Origin: Octopus bimaculoides | Taxonomy: Eukaryota | Length of the DNA: 33,468 bases | Assembly: GCF_001194135.2 (NCBI RefSeq) | Contig: NC_068982.1 | Location: 74,076,712-74,110,179, forward strand | Reading direction: 5' to 3' | Shown here: positions 1 through 10,972 of the stretch, in pieces | Numbering within the stretch: position 1 is the stretch's first letter | Layout: each line of letters starts with the position of its first letter | Notes under the pieces: model-generated | The model's input: the letters and a program-made list of their open reading frames with translations, nothing else | Told to the model about the DNA's origin: nothing | The model's database searches: none | Translations under genes and position numbers: made by a program

Positions 1-314
1 ATATATATAAATAAATTCAAAAAGGGATAAAACTCTTACAAGAATTTTATCAAGAAGCCAGTGTGTAAAAAAATTCATAAGGGAAATTTCTATTCCCAAG
101 AATATAATTATTCGTTTATATTTATATAAAAGGCATTATTACAGAAAAATAATAACGCCACACAGTGGACTTCTCAAAATAACCACATTTAGTACCTAAT
201 GCGAGGAAAAACAACCAACAGAAGATGACCAACTTTCTTTTAAATAAACTTAACTGTGTATCGACCGATTTCGCGATTACTAGAATGAATCTAGATTTCG
301 TTCATCAGCACAGT
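1..314 (-). mobile_element. Probable Penelope-like element terminal repeat carrying the hammerhead
   Basis: Hammerhead followed on the minus strand by ~250 bp of AT-rich sequence ending in a (TA)n tract. Minimal hammerheads are known in PLE terminal repeats. No RT or GIY-YIG ORF is seen, so the assignment is inference. Confidence 0.4.
253..314 (-). ncRNA. Type I hammerhead ribozyme fold (minimal stem III, Penelope/retrozyme-like)
   Basis: Minus strand reads ACUGUG-CUGAUGA-[stem II ACGAAAUCUAGA uucau UCUAGUAAUCGC]-GAA-AUCG-gu-CGAU-A-CACAGU. Both core boxes are present. Stem I is 6 perfect bp, stem III is 4 bp with a 2-nt loop, and the cleavage triplet is AUA. The 10.1-11.1 pair is A-C rather than G-C. 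Confidence 0.7.
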
Positions 315-359
315 ATTGTCCCAAAAATATATATAAATAAACAGAATTCTCACGTCAAA

Positions 360-400
360 ATCACCGTATTAGCGTCCACTTCTCCATGCTTACATGGATC
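360..400 (-). mobile_element. RTE-type 3' tail fragment
   Basis: Reverse complement GATCCATGTAAGCATGGAGAAGTGGACGCTAATACGGTGAT matches the terminal motif of the other (GAT)n-tailed copies in the window. Confidence 0.5.
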
Positions 401-3092
401 GGACATATATAACGCATTCTTATATACAGCTTAGCCAAGGGCAAAACTAAGAGTGGACTTTCAGTTTTCATATAAATATATACATATTCATTGTACCTAA
501 CGTATTGAGGTCTATATGAGATATTTTTTGTACTAAGTAAAAAAATAAATTATAGTTTTTGTTTTTACAACTCTTCTGTTACTTTGTGTCTGTGTAACAA
601 CACACACACAATTTCTCGGGAACTGTAGTACGTGTTGTCTCTATAGCTAGCTATATACATATTTCTCTCGACCGCTCCGCTCGTTCAATTACTTATATCT
701 ATAGACTCCCCCCTCTCTCTCTTATATCTGTCCACGTTTAATTTATCTCAAATGCATTTTTTATCGTTTCCACACACACACACGCATATATATATATATC
801 TATACATACATACATACATATAAATATATCATCAACCTCCCTTTTTGACTTCCCCCCTCTCTATTTCTATTCTTTCTGGCTTTATACTCCTCCCACTACC
901 ATTAGTTTCGTTCACCCTTTCCCTATTCCCCTCTACATAACATGTCTTGTTTCCACCCCTCCCCTTCACCTCGTCTCGTTACATTCGACTTCCTTTCTGT
1001 GCCTAGAATTCCGTGTCTCTGGAGTTTTGAGTTCTAATTTCACTGGCCCAAAGTCGTCTTAAGTTCCCGAAGGAGGTGAACCCGCGACCCAGCTTCGATT
1101 TCCAGATGAAACCAGCTTTTTTTTTTTTTTCACTTTGATTTAAAGTCTTCATGGTGTATAGACGAGGAAATGCATGAATGTCACTGCGCGATCTCATTTT
1201 TCATTATATCACCGATGTTTTGTGTTTTTTTTTTTTTTTATATATCAGCAATCTACGATGTTTGGTTTGTATGGGCTTTGATTGTTGCTTAACCCCTGGT
1301 CAGTTCTGATAGAACAGACCTTTGATCTAAAGCATTCTAGTGATTACCATCTCGTTTTCCCGTCTTTCCATTTTTAAAGACGTTAGGCCTAGTTTCATAT
1401 AGATGATGCTACTGTTTCCAGCAGGTTGAGCGACTAAATAGAGCTTCCTTTATTTGCTTGTTAGTGGTTGTTGTTGTTGAACTCCAGGTCAGTCCTGATT
1501 GAGCAGACCTATATTCAAAGTATTTCAGTTGTGACTATCACGCCTTTTTTTTTTTTTTGACATAGTTTACTCTGGACTACATTAATGTGCTCTTTCCACC
1601 ACATATTTAAAAAAAAATATTTCATGTGTGTAGTTTGAGGAATATTTGACTATTATAGCTAACATGTCGAGTGGTTGGTTGGACAGCGGAGAACCAGATT
1701 TCAATAGATTTGTTTAGGCTATACAGCTTTGCATCATGTTTCTGAGTTCAAATCCAGTTGGAATTGGACCATGTCAACCGATTCTTCCCAAATCGATAAC
1801 ACACTTATAAGTAATATGTTATGGGTAGAATCAGTATATTTATATATATCCGCTGTGTTAGAGAATATGTATTTATATTATATATAGATGGATAATAGTA
1901 GTGAGGGTAGCTGGTAACAGCTGTATAGCGTTTTAAAATGGTTAGTGGTTATTATATATATATATATATATATAGATATAGGTAGGTCATAGTAACGGCG
2001 GTATGAGGAAGACAGACATGATGGGGGTGGGTGTCTGTGGTATAGTATAGGACTGGCGATGATCATACGGGACGGTGATCGTTTTCGATGTCGGTAGTGG
2101 TTGGTGCTGCTTGTTGTTGGGAGTCGTTTGCGGTGTTGGGAAATGTTTGTCATAAATGGTGACTGTAATTCTTTTAATTGTTGTAACGGTAATAGCAGTA
2201 ATAGTGGTGGTGGTTGAGTTGTGCTATCAGAAATGGTATTAGTAGTTAACGTTGTTGGAAATGGTGTCGTTCGCTGGTAGCTCTATTCCATATTCTGAAT
2301 AGCTATTGTAATTGTAGTAGTAGTGGTAATGACTCATGCATGTTATTTTATTTTATTTTTTTTTGTTATTTAATCAATTTTCTTTGTATTGTTCACTTGT
2401 TTTCTTCTCCCTTTCTTGCATTAGCTGTGCTGTACACAAAATAAAAGTAGCTTTGTTGGGGCCTTTTTTATCTTAGAATATTTCATATGTAGTCTCACAT
2501 GGTATCTTCAGCATGAAATATAGGTCGCTTATGCCAAATGATATGTTGTTTACACAAACCCACCTATGAGAGAGAGAGAGAGAGAGAGTGCCCTTCGTCT
2601 CCCTCTCGCACTCCCGTATAATGTAAGGCTTTTCATACCTTTCCATAGCTAAAGAAAGTACAGTATTTTTTCGGATTCCCGAATAATTATTTAATCATGT
2701 AATATCGTCTCAGTGTTGTTAATCTACGGCACTCGTATAGTATACATGCACACACACACATATATAGTATAGTATACATGCACAACATACAGACACCTGA
2801 ATCTCTGTATGTGTATACCGAAGGGAGAAATCCTTATTATTGAAAATTAACATTGCAATTATTTGTAAATAGAATCTCATAGAGTAGAATAAACTCTTAG
2901 TAAGATGAGACTAAGGGTGTGCATTTGTTTCCCAGTTGTGACCTATTTTTAATACTTCGAAAGGTATGGGCATAAAACAATCTTACCTTGCTCTCCCCTC
3001 CCCAAAGATTCTTGAACTTATTTCATTTACATAACTAATGCCTTCAGAGAAAGCATTGTGTGTATATGAGTTACAGGACTTTTTTTCCTAAG

Positions 3093-3161
3093 ATCAACCA
3101 ACCATAGTACATGTAGCCTTGATTATCACTGGTTCAGTCGTCACTGATCTGGGATAACATG
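3093..3161 (+). other. Candidate 5'UTR exon ending in the start codon (ATG|GT)
   Basis: Acceptor TTTTTTTCCTAAG| at 3092 and donor AACATG|GTATGT at 3162. All three frames contain stops before the terminal ATG (3159-3161), as expected for UTR. A possible upstream donor AAG|GTATGG lies at 2964. No transcript evidence. Confidence 0.35.
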
Positions 3162-4249
3162 GTATGTTCAGTTGTGAACCATGTTACGCTTATCGCAGAT
3201 TGATCTTTGATAACATGGTTTGGCGATCAGTTAAAAGTTCTTGTACCACAAAAATGTGCCCCATCAACCACCCGCAATGCTCAGCTATCGACATTGTACT
3301 GACTTTGCTTGCATTTACATGACCATGCTGTGAAGCTGCATAATTTTTTATATGGATTTCTGTACACGTGCTCATCAACATTGGACCAGTCAATAGAAAG
3401 AAATATGAAGATGTCTGATCCTAACAAATGATGCAGATGTGTGTATTCTCTACAAGAAACAGTAGAGATGATAAAGAAAATATGTGACACTGGAAGATTT
3501 GCTATTGTGGGCTGGGCTGCAAGTTTGGTGTCATTAAATCTACCATCTTATTTATTTACAAAGTGTGTGATGATGATTAATTTATCACTTTTTTTTTAAC
3601 CAAATCCATGTGATAAATAAAAATAGATGTATGTATGACTGGAAAATAGCTAATAGGGAAAATGTGTGGTTTACTGTGCTAGTGTTTATGTATTTCTCTT
3701 GCTGTATTTCCTGAAACCTGTTCTAATTGTTAAGAAGATAAATATCAGTATGTTTCTCAGAATTAACTGATATCTTGTTTAAGAGAATTGCCTTCCGAGA
3801 TTTTGGGTGAATTTACTAATGCCACCATAGCCACTGATTCATTTAATTAGATGTGTGTCTGAAATAGACTTTTTTTAGTCCAGTCTTTTGTTAAGAAATA
3901 TATTATTTGATGGGTTATGATAGTGGATTACTGATAACTGGAGAACATTGCGGAACATATCAAGAAAACAAATAGTATTGTAAATCCATCTCATCTTAAA
4001 GATGATACAAAACTAGAACCTTCATGGTTGCTACAAATTCCAAGTCCTCACCAACACTGCAGGCCTTTCCTTTTTGTTTATAATGTGTATAGCTCTGTAG
4101 CTATCATCTTACAGTAAGAAATCTGTTCAGTTCTGGCCCCTTCTCTCTCATCATAACCCTCATTATTGCATAAAACTGCTTTCCTCTCTTCTGTAACCCA
4201 ACTCAGTCATAGGGGTCCTAGGCTTGTAGATTACATAACAACCTCTCTA

Positions 4250-4446
4250 GTGCTGGTGCCATGAAAAATAGCACCCAATACATGCTGTAAAACATTTGGC
4301 ATTAGGAAGGGATCCAGCAGTAGATGATGGAGCATGATACCAAAGTAGATATTGGAGCAGGATGCAGTCTTCTGATGCATTGGATCCATTCAAATTATCC
4401 AACCTATCCCAGCCTGGAAAATGGACATTATATCATGATGATGATA
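4250..4446 (+). mobile_element. Degenerate RTE-type LINE 3' UTR/tail
   Basis: GGCATTAGGAAGGGATCCAGC motif and GGAAAATGGACATT...ATGATGATGAT tail. Confidence 0.7.
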
Positions 4447-4730
4447 AGACATTCTACTAATGATACTATTAAATATGATACGAATGAAATATTCAACAGT
4501 TGACTATTAATTTTTGATTGATTGCATTTACTTCTTTTATTCATTGTGGCTGGATGAAAGCCTGTTCGGTGTTTCTTTAACTTTTAATGCTTTCCAAGCA
4601 TCAAAAAATGTTTGACTTTGCTGTGTACCATGAAACTTTTAAAGATATAAATCTTAATAATATTTTCAATCACCTGGGGTTAAATTAATTTGATTGTTTT
4701 AATGTTTTGATTTACATTTGAGAGAAAGGG

Positions 4731-4772
<42 letters not shown>

Positions 4773-4789
4773 CATCATCATCATTTAGC

Positions 4790-4799
4790 NNNNNNNNNN
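4790..4799. other. Assembly gap (further gaps at 14673-14689, 18636-18969, 20192-20437, 31896-31993)
   Basis: N runs, mostly abutting (TA)n or (CA)n tracts. Confidence 0.99.
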
Positions 4800-4809
4800 A
4801 GAGAAAGGG

Positions 4810-4849
<40 letters not shown>

Positions 4850-4851
<2 letters not shown>

Positions 4852-5112
4852 CATCATCATCATTTAGCATTTGCTTTCTATACTGGCATGGGTTAGACGG
4901 TTTGACCGAAACCGGTAAGCTGGAGGGGTGCACCAGGTTCCAATTTGATTTGGCATGGTTTCTATGGCTGGATACCTTTCCTAATGCCAACCACTCCAAG
5001 AGTGTAATGAGTGCTATTTATGGTGCTAGTTATGTACCACCAGCATCGGCCACGACTATGATTTCACTTGATGGGTCTACTCAAGCACAACATATCGCCA
5101 AAGGTCTTGGTC
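4850..5112 (-). mobile_element. RTE-type LINE 3' end (ORF terminus, 3'UTR and (GAT)n tail)
   Basis: Minus strand begins with a DQDLWRYVVLE*TH ORF-end remnant, followed by the GGCATTAGGAAAGGTATCCAGC motif and a (GAT)n tail. Confidence 0.75.
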
Positions 5113-5144
5113 ATTTATCATTACACTCACACACACTTACATGA

Positions 5145-5298
5145 CTGGTTTCTTTTAGTTTCCATCTACGAAATCCACTCACAAGACGTCGTTCAGCCTG
5201 GAGCTATTGTAGTTTACACACTTGCACAGGATTTCATGCAACAGGACTGAAGCTGAAATCGTATGGTTGAGAAGCAAGTTTCCTAACCACACTACCAT
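5145..5298 (-). mobile_element. tRNA-derived SINE, head type 1 (CORE-like)
   Basis: Degenerate match to the young copy at 18453-18635. Confidence 0.65.
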
Positions 5299-5892
5299 AA
5301 CCCACATCAACAGCTGTTTATAAAATTTTACAAAATACCTAAAATTACACACAACAGCATCCAGCTCAATTACCATTGTTTTATATGATTGCTCAATCAC
5401 AACTGAGCAATAGCTAAACAACAACTACAGCAATAACATCCTAACTGTTCTAACTTTTAATGTGTTGGGTCTGATAAACGTATGTCTTATTGTGACTATC
5501 CTAGTGAGGATTTTGAGTGACTCAAATTTGCAGGTTACAGATTGTATTTTGCAGGTGGTTTGACTGCATAATTTATCTTACATCATGTTTAACAGTGTTA
5601 ATTGTCTGTCAGCTCACCCAAGGCTATTCCTGCTCTACAGGTGCACTCATTAATTTCATTGCCTTCTCTACTAAATTTGCCTGCAGTCCCTTTGTAAAAC
5701 AAAATCCTATTCCTCAGTATTTTCCATTGTATGTAGCTTTAAATAAACATTAACCCCACAAGTTGTTCGCTTTCTATGTCTTTTTATACTTCAACTAAGA
5801 ATCCCTATTTTAAAATTATTACTTTACTTTTAAGTGTAAAGTTTTTGTGACTAGCATTACAAATGCTAGTATTATAATGTTGGTGTTTTTCT

Positions 5893-6048
5893 ATCATCAT
5901 TAGCGTCTGCTTTCCATGCTGGCATAGGTTAGACAGTTTGGGCTACACCAGGTTCCATTCTGATTTGGCATGGTTCCTATGGCTGGATGCCCTTCCTAAT
6001 GCCAACCACTCCAAGAGTGTAATAGGTGTTTTTTTACGTGCCACCAGT
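5893..6048 (-). mobile_element. RTE-type 3' tail
   Basis: Forward CATCATTAGCGTCTGCTTTCCATGCTGGCAT...GGATGCCCTTCCTAATGCCAACC. Confidence 0.75.
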
Positions 6049-6109
6049 CATATTAATGTACATAGAGTTTATTAAGGCAGATTGTCTATGACCAGGTACT
6101 CTCCATTGC

Positions 6110-6405
6110 CAAAGCCTCACCTGTTTTCAAGCAAGTTAATATTTCCACATGACCAGACATGTTTTTATAGAATATTGGTAATGAAAGACACTGTCTGTAT
6201 GACAGTGACACATATTTAGAACTATCATGTGATGATGAGACAAGGAGACACAAATGTAGACATATTCACACGCTCACAGATATGAACATGATGGGCTTCT
6301 TAGTTTCTCTCTACAGAATTTGTTCACAAGGTTTTAGTCAACCCAGGCTTTAGAAGAAACTTAACCACGTGGTTAGGAAGCAGACTTTTTAATCACATAG
6401 CCTTA
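6110..6405 (-). mobile_element. Degenerate composite SINE (head type 1 plus linker)
   Basis: Similar to 30373-30806 and to the reverse complement of 20943-21335. Confidence 0.55.
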
Positions 6406-6749
6406 GGAGCCATGCAATCCTTCATCCTTTTGATACATTGCTAAACTGAATTTATATTCTAATCTTGTTAGATTCTTTTGAAAACCCTTTTATAAACAGT
6501 TTTGTATATTTCAGCTTTGTCATTTGCTCTTGTAACTATTTACCATCTTCATTTTAGATGTTTTTCTATGCTGACATGGGTAGTACATCTCATTTGTTGT
6601 GTTCCTTTGTCATTTGAGAGACACAGCAACAGAGAAAGTTACCAACCTTTGTTGTTGTAGTACATCTCATATTATTTTTGCATGTCATGTACAATGAATG
6701 TCATTTCTATCACCAGCTACTTTATAGCGTTGATTGAGTGCATTTTAGT

Positions 6750-6960
6750 GTGCTACAGCAATGGACTCTGCTCCTCAGAATTAGCTGGTCTTGTGTCACC
6801 TTCATAAAAGTCCTCCCACCTCTTACATCTTTCTTCCTCCTTGTCATCTATTTTCTATTCAGTCCCTTCAGGCACTACACTTATCACTACACCCAATCTT
6901 GCCTTCCCAGAATATCATCCCTCTGAAGTTCCTTTTCTGACCTAAAAGTAGGTCATGACT
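6750..6960 (+). mobile_element. L2/Crack-like LINE ORF2 C-terminal relic
   Basis: Translates YSNGLCSSELAGLVSP and HYTQSCLPRISSL*SS, typical of this group's C-terminus (CSSEL...SFxPRTSxLWNSLP). Homologous to 28255-28690. Confidence 0.55.
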
Positions 6961-7334
6961 AAAGGATCCCCAGTATCCTGTATAGGTTTTGTTCAGAGAT
7001 AGTGCCATCTTAGATAAGGTTTCCTGTAGCTTGTGGAGTTTGTCTTTGTCATACCTTTTTTTTTATTAATAATTAATGGAATTTGTATACTAGTTTTTTC
7101 TGGACTCCTCATTCACTTAATTTATTTTTATTCAATTAAGAGGGTTCTACTGAAAGTATGTTAGTAGTGTAGCTTTTCCTGTAAAAAGTTCTACTTGACA
7201 TAGTCTCCTTAAGAGATGCATTTGCAACATTGTTGATTCAAACTCAAATCTTTGAAAAAATTTAGATGCAACCTGTTGTACCCACTTCTTCACAATCACT
7301 TTCACTCATCTTTGTCATCAGATCATGGTCCCTG

Positions 7335-7435
7335 AAGGCGGCGAGCTGGCAGAAACGTTAGCATGCCGGGCGAAATGCTTAGCGGTATTTCATCTGCTGC
7401 TAATGTTCTGAGTTCAAATTCCGCCGAGGTCGACT
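7335..7435 (+). mobile_element. tRNA-derived SINE, head type 2, 3'-truncated
   Basis: GGCGGCGAGCTGGCAGAAACGTTAGC...GAGTTCAAATTCCGCCGAGGTCGACT with A-box and B-box-like motifs; same family as 19987-20191 and 26859-27092. Confidence 0.8.
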
Positions 7436-7530
7436 GTACAGTGGATAGGGGACTCTTAATCTGTCAGTTGCTTGGTTTGTTGCCAAACGTGTAGTTTCTC
7501 ATTATCATAGTGAATGTGGATTATTTTCAG

Positions 7531-7570
7531 ATTCTTGGGTCTCTTCCTCTTAATGGTGTCTTTAGACTTT
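7531..7570 (+). CDS. Candidate 40-nt internal coding exon of an unidentified gene (ILGSLPLNGVFRL)
   Basis: Acceptor TTATTTTCAG| and donor TTT|GTGAGT. Frame 0 is open and ends in phase 1, compatible with the upstream ATG| and the exon at 23050. No homology recognised. Confidence 0.35.
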
Positions 7571-8186
7571 GTGAGTATCTAAATGTACTACTCACTGCTC
7601 AGAGTACAACCGCATTGCATAAAATCAAGGAAAATGATCCTCTTGTCATCTCCAAACAGTCACCATGACTTTTGCACCAGTTGCTGTCTCTCAAACTTCT
7701 TAGACCATGGAAATGAGGTGTGACACTATTCCATAGGCTGAGCCTTTATTTCCAGGCCTTAAAGATACACCTACATTTCATTCCTTGTTACCATATTGCA
7801 AAAAAAAAAAAAAAAATGCATGTCTTCGTTTACTTCAAATGTTTACAGCTGATCAGAACAGAATTCCCCCTTCCTCTCCTGAGGTACCTAATTTGCATAC
7901 ACTTTCTGATATCCAAAGTCTTCCATCATCTTATGCAATGCATTGTGACTTGCTTGACTGTGTGAATTATTTTGTCTCCTTGCTAGTGGTTGCAGTTGAT
8001 GGTCTCTCACTGATGTATATGAAGTACCCTAGAAAAGCACACAAAAAATAAATGAACCATAACACTATTCTTTTAGCTTTGTAATAAGGTAGACAGTTTG
8101 TTTAAGATTCCCTTTATGGCAAAGCTGAAGTTTGTAGTGATAAGAATTTTTTTCTCTGGTAAAATACTTATAAAAATATTTCTTAA

Positions 8187-8548
8187 TTGTCTTTTACTTG
8201 TTTCAGTCATTAGACTGCAGCCATACTGGGGCACTGCCATGAAAAATTTTGTCGAATGAATTAACCACAGATTTTTTTTTTTTAAGCATGGTACTTATTC
8301 AGTCAGTCTCTTGCCAAACCACTAAGTTACGGGGCTGTACACACACCAACACTAGTTGTCAAGTGGTTGTGAGAGACACACACACATGATGGGCGTCTTT
8401 CAGTTTCTGTCTACCAAATCCACTCATGGCTTTGGTCGATCCGAAACTATAGTAGAAGACACTTGCGCAAGGTTCTGCGCTGTGGGACTGAACCTGGAAT
8501 CATGTGCATGGGAAGTAAACTTATCACATTGGTATGCCTGCACCTATA
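8187..8548 (-). mobile_element. SINE head type 1 with alternative tail B (...ACTGAAACAAGTAAAAG)
   Basis: Forward TTTTACTTGTTTCAGTCATT...TTTCAGTTTCTGTCTACCAAATCCACTCA...AGAAGACACTTGC; matches the reverse complement of 20470-20785. Confidence 0.75.
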
Positions 8549-8591
8549 TTAAAATTTATATATTTCAGTTTAACACCAACGTTGCCTTCTA

Positions 8592-8906
8592 GCACTTGTG
8601 CTGGTGGCATGTTAGAAAATCATTCGAGCGAGGTCGTTGCCATTGCCGCTGGACTGGCTCCCGTGCAGGTGGCACATAAAAAACACCTTTTTGAGCGTGG
8701 CCGTTGCCAGTACCATGTGACTGGCCCTCGTGCCGGTGGCACGTAGAAGCACTCACTACACTCTCGGAGTGGTTGGCGTTAGGAAGGGCATCCAGCTGTA
8801 GAAACTCTGCCAGATCAGATTGGAGCCTGGTGCAGCCTTCTGGCTTGCTAGTCCTCAGTCAAATCGTCCAACTCATGCTAGCATGGAAAGCGGACGTTAA
8901 ACGATG
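8592..8906 (+). mobile_element. Young RTE-type 3'UTR/tail with two ~67-bp internal units
   Basis: TTCGAGCG units start at 8623 and 8690; GGCGTTAGGAAGGGCATCCAGCTGTAGAAAC; ends GCGGACGTTAAACGATG. Confidence 0.85.
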
Positions 8907-8999
8907 AACGAATGGCTTGTTTTGTTGAGGATTGCAACACACTGTCTGCTATTGTAATGTTCTCACTATTTGGAAGATATATACTGAGTTGATTGACAA

Positions 9000-9600
9000 T
9001 TTGCTGTGCTTGAGAAGACCCGTCTAAGGAAAATTGTGACCCTAAAGGCATGTCATTTATATCTATGCCCCTGCACACAATCTACTCTCGATAAATCTCT
9101 CCCTTCACAACTCATCTTCCTAACACCCCCTTCCTCCAACTATAGTCACCACTTACTGCAATCCCTCCTACCTATCTCTTGTCCTCCTTTTGCCCTCTTT
9201 TGAACTTACTTGCCCACTCACCCTATCCAAATCTTTGTACCACTTAGATACACCTCCCTCTCACTTGATATGCCTCAACACATCTTCACCATCTCTCTCT
9301 CTCTCTTCTTCCATCTGGAGTAGCCATGTATCTCCTCCATTGCAAGACACTCGTTTCTGTCCCTCTGTCATACTCTAACTACTAATCATCTAATACAAAG
9401 CCATTCCCACCTCTCATTTGAGGGTCTTGTTTGCAAGCTATGTGGTGACCTCATTGTGGTTGGTGACAGTACACTTTGTAAAGTGATTGGCATTAGGAAG
9501 GGTATCCAGTTGTAGAAACCATGCCAAAGCAGAAATTGGTGCCAGTTCCTGTTAAACCCATGCCAGGGTGGAAAGCAGGTCTTAAATAAAGATGATGATA
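9000..9600 (+). mobile_element. RTE-type LINE 3' end with long CT-rich UTR
   Basis: Starts with AVLEKTR, the same ORF terminus as at 5080-5110, then a pyrimidine-rich UTR, the GGCATTAGGAAGGGTATCCAG motif and a GATGAT tail. Confidence 0.6.
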
Positions 9601-9840
9601 CTTTTAACCATTATGTCTCTTGTAAAACAAAACAAGGGTTTTCTTTGGCACATTGTCAGATATGTAGAAGGAATGCATTCAATATTGATACTTTATTAAT
9701 CCCCAAGTGATGAAAGAAAGACTTGATCTCGGCAGAATTTGAACATGGTACTATATGTATCATAAAACTTGATATTATAAACCATTTAACTATTTAGTGC
9801 AACATATTTTTTCATTTAACCATCTTGATATCAACCTGCC

Positions 9841-10458
9841 TCCTTTGTACGGCCACACCTCGAATACTGCTGCCCCTTGTGGTCTCCCCAAACAAAACAA
9901 AACATCTCGAGGATTGAATCGCCCCAGAGGGCACTCACCAAACAAATTGAAGGCATGACTGATCTTGATTACTGGGACCGCCTTAAAGCCTTGAAGCTCT
10001 ACTCTCTTCAGCGCCACCGCAAGCGGTACATCATTTGTACGATGTGGAAAATATACCGCCAGCATTGCCCAAACGACCTGAACATTAGTTTCAAGGTTCA
10101 TCCAAGGCTGGGACCACGAGCCATATGTCCCCTGCCCAATTCAGGATCACAGCATATAGGTACACTGCAGCATAATTTCTTTTCCTCATCAGGCCCTGCC
10201 CTGTTTAACATTGTCCCGAAACAGATAAAAGAGGAAAAGGATCCTATCAGCTTTAAACGGAGTTTTCTTCAAAGAATACCAGACAAGCCACCTGTACCTG
10301 GATACAACTCACTCAATAAGAACTCACTACTTGAATGGACCATAAACAAAACTTGACTGTAAAAAGGATTTAGATAATCATATCAGGTGGTGCTATTAAG
10401 TTAGACATGGCCTGGACTAATCTTTAGTCGAAACATATCTAAGTTTTATCTAAGTTTT
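9841..10458 (+). mobile_element. 5'-truncated CR1-clade LINE (ORF2 C-terminus and 3'UTR)
   Basis: Open frame FVRPHLEYCCPLWSPQ...IESPQRALTKQIEGMTDLDYWDRLKALKLYSLQRHRKRY...LFNIVPK (ORF 9877-10356). The 3'UTR has a GACTAA-tct-TTAGTC hairpin (10415-10429) and a TATCTAAGTTT x2 terminal repeat (10436-10457). Confidence 0.9.
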
Positions 10459-10469
10459 TATAAACTTAA

Positions 10470-10730
10470 CAGGTGATTTCTAATTTTAAGAAATTGTACA
10501 CCAAACAACTGTTTCGTTGGTGCTTTGAAGTCACTGACAATACAAATCTAACACGTGAGTTTTGGAAGGAGCACTACAACATTGTAAATTACCTGAAAAT
10601 CATCGATATAGCCTGGTAGGGTGTAATGAGGAGAATGCTGAATTCTGCATGGAGGAAACTGGCCTGACTGCATATCCCAAAGAGACTTCGAAGGATTTGC
10701 ATCTCAGACACCTGTAGTTAAGATAATGGG
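10470..10730 (+). mobile_element. Tigger/pogo-family DNA transposase relic
   Basis: QVISNFKKLYTKQLFRWCFEVTDNTNLTREFWKEHYNIVNYLKIIDIAW*GVMRRMLNSAWRKL, then a frameshift to PDCISQRDFEGF; recognisable as the region after the Tigger DDE domain. Confidence 0.85.
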
Positions 10731-10784
10731 ACAAATTTAACTTGTACTACGAGATATCACTCTGTCTGTCTGTCTGTCTCTGTC

Positions 10785-10825
<41 letters not shown>

Positions 10826-10827
<2 letters not shown>

Positions 10828-10972
10828 GTCTTTCAGTTTCTGTCTACCAAATCCACTCAAGGTTTTGGTTGGCCCAGAGCTATAGTAGAAGACTTCTGTC
10901 CAAGGTGCCACTCAGTGTGACTGAACCTGGTACCATGTGGCTGAGAAGCAAGCTTTTCACCATACAGCCACA
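10826..10972 (-). mobile_element. SINE head type 1
   Basis: Forward CTTTCAGTTTCTGTCTACCAAATCCACTCA...CCAAGGTGCCAC...CTGAACCTGG...CCATACAGCCAC. Confidence 0.8.

Noticed and set aside
642-655. 14-bp perfect palindrome TATAGCTAGCTATA
   Set aside because: Low-complexity, TA-rich context; likely chance or slippage
1878-2330. GT-rich tract with a 91-aa minus-strand ORF
   Set aside because: Low-complexity (GGT/GTT/TA) sequence with no coding signature
3432-4115. Protein-looking short frames (ETVEMIKKICDTGRF..., LENIAEHIKKTNSIVNP...)
   Set aside because: No recognisable family, no consistent splice signals, and interrupted by stops
4720-4869. Near-exact direct duplication (GAGA..AGGGATTT-(TA)n-(CAT)n-TTAGC) on either side of a 10-N gap
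   Set aside because: Typical unmerged contig overlap at a microsatellite; most likely an assembly artefact
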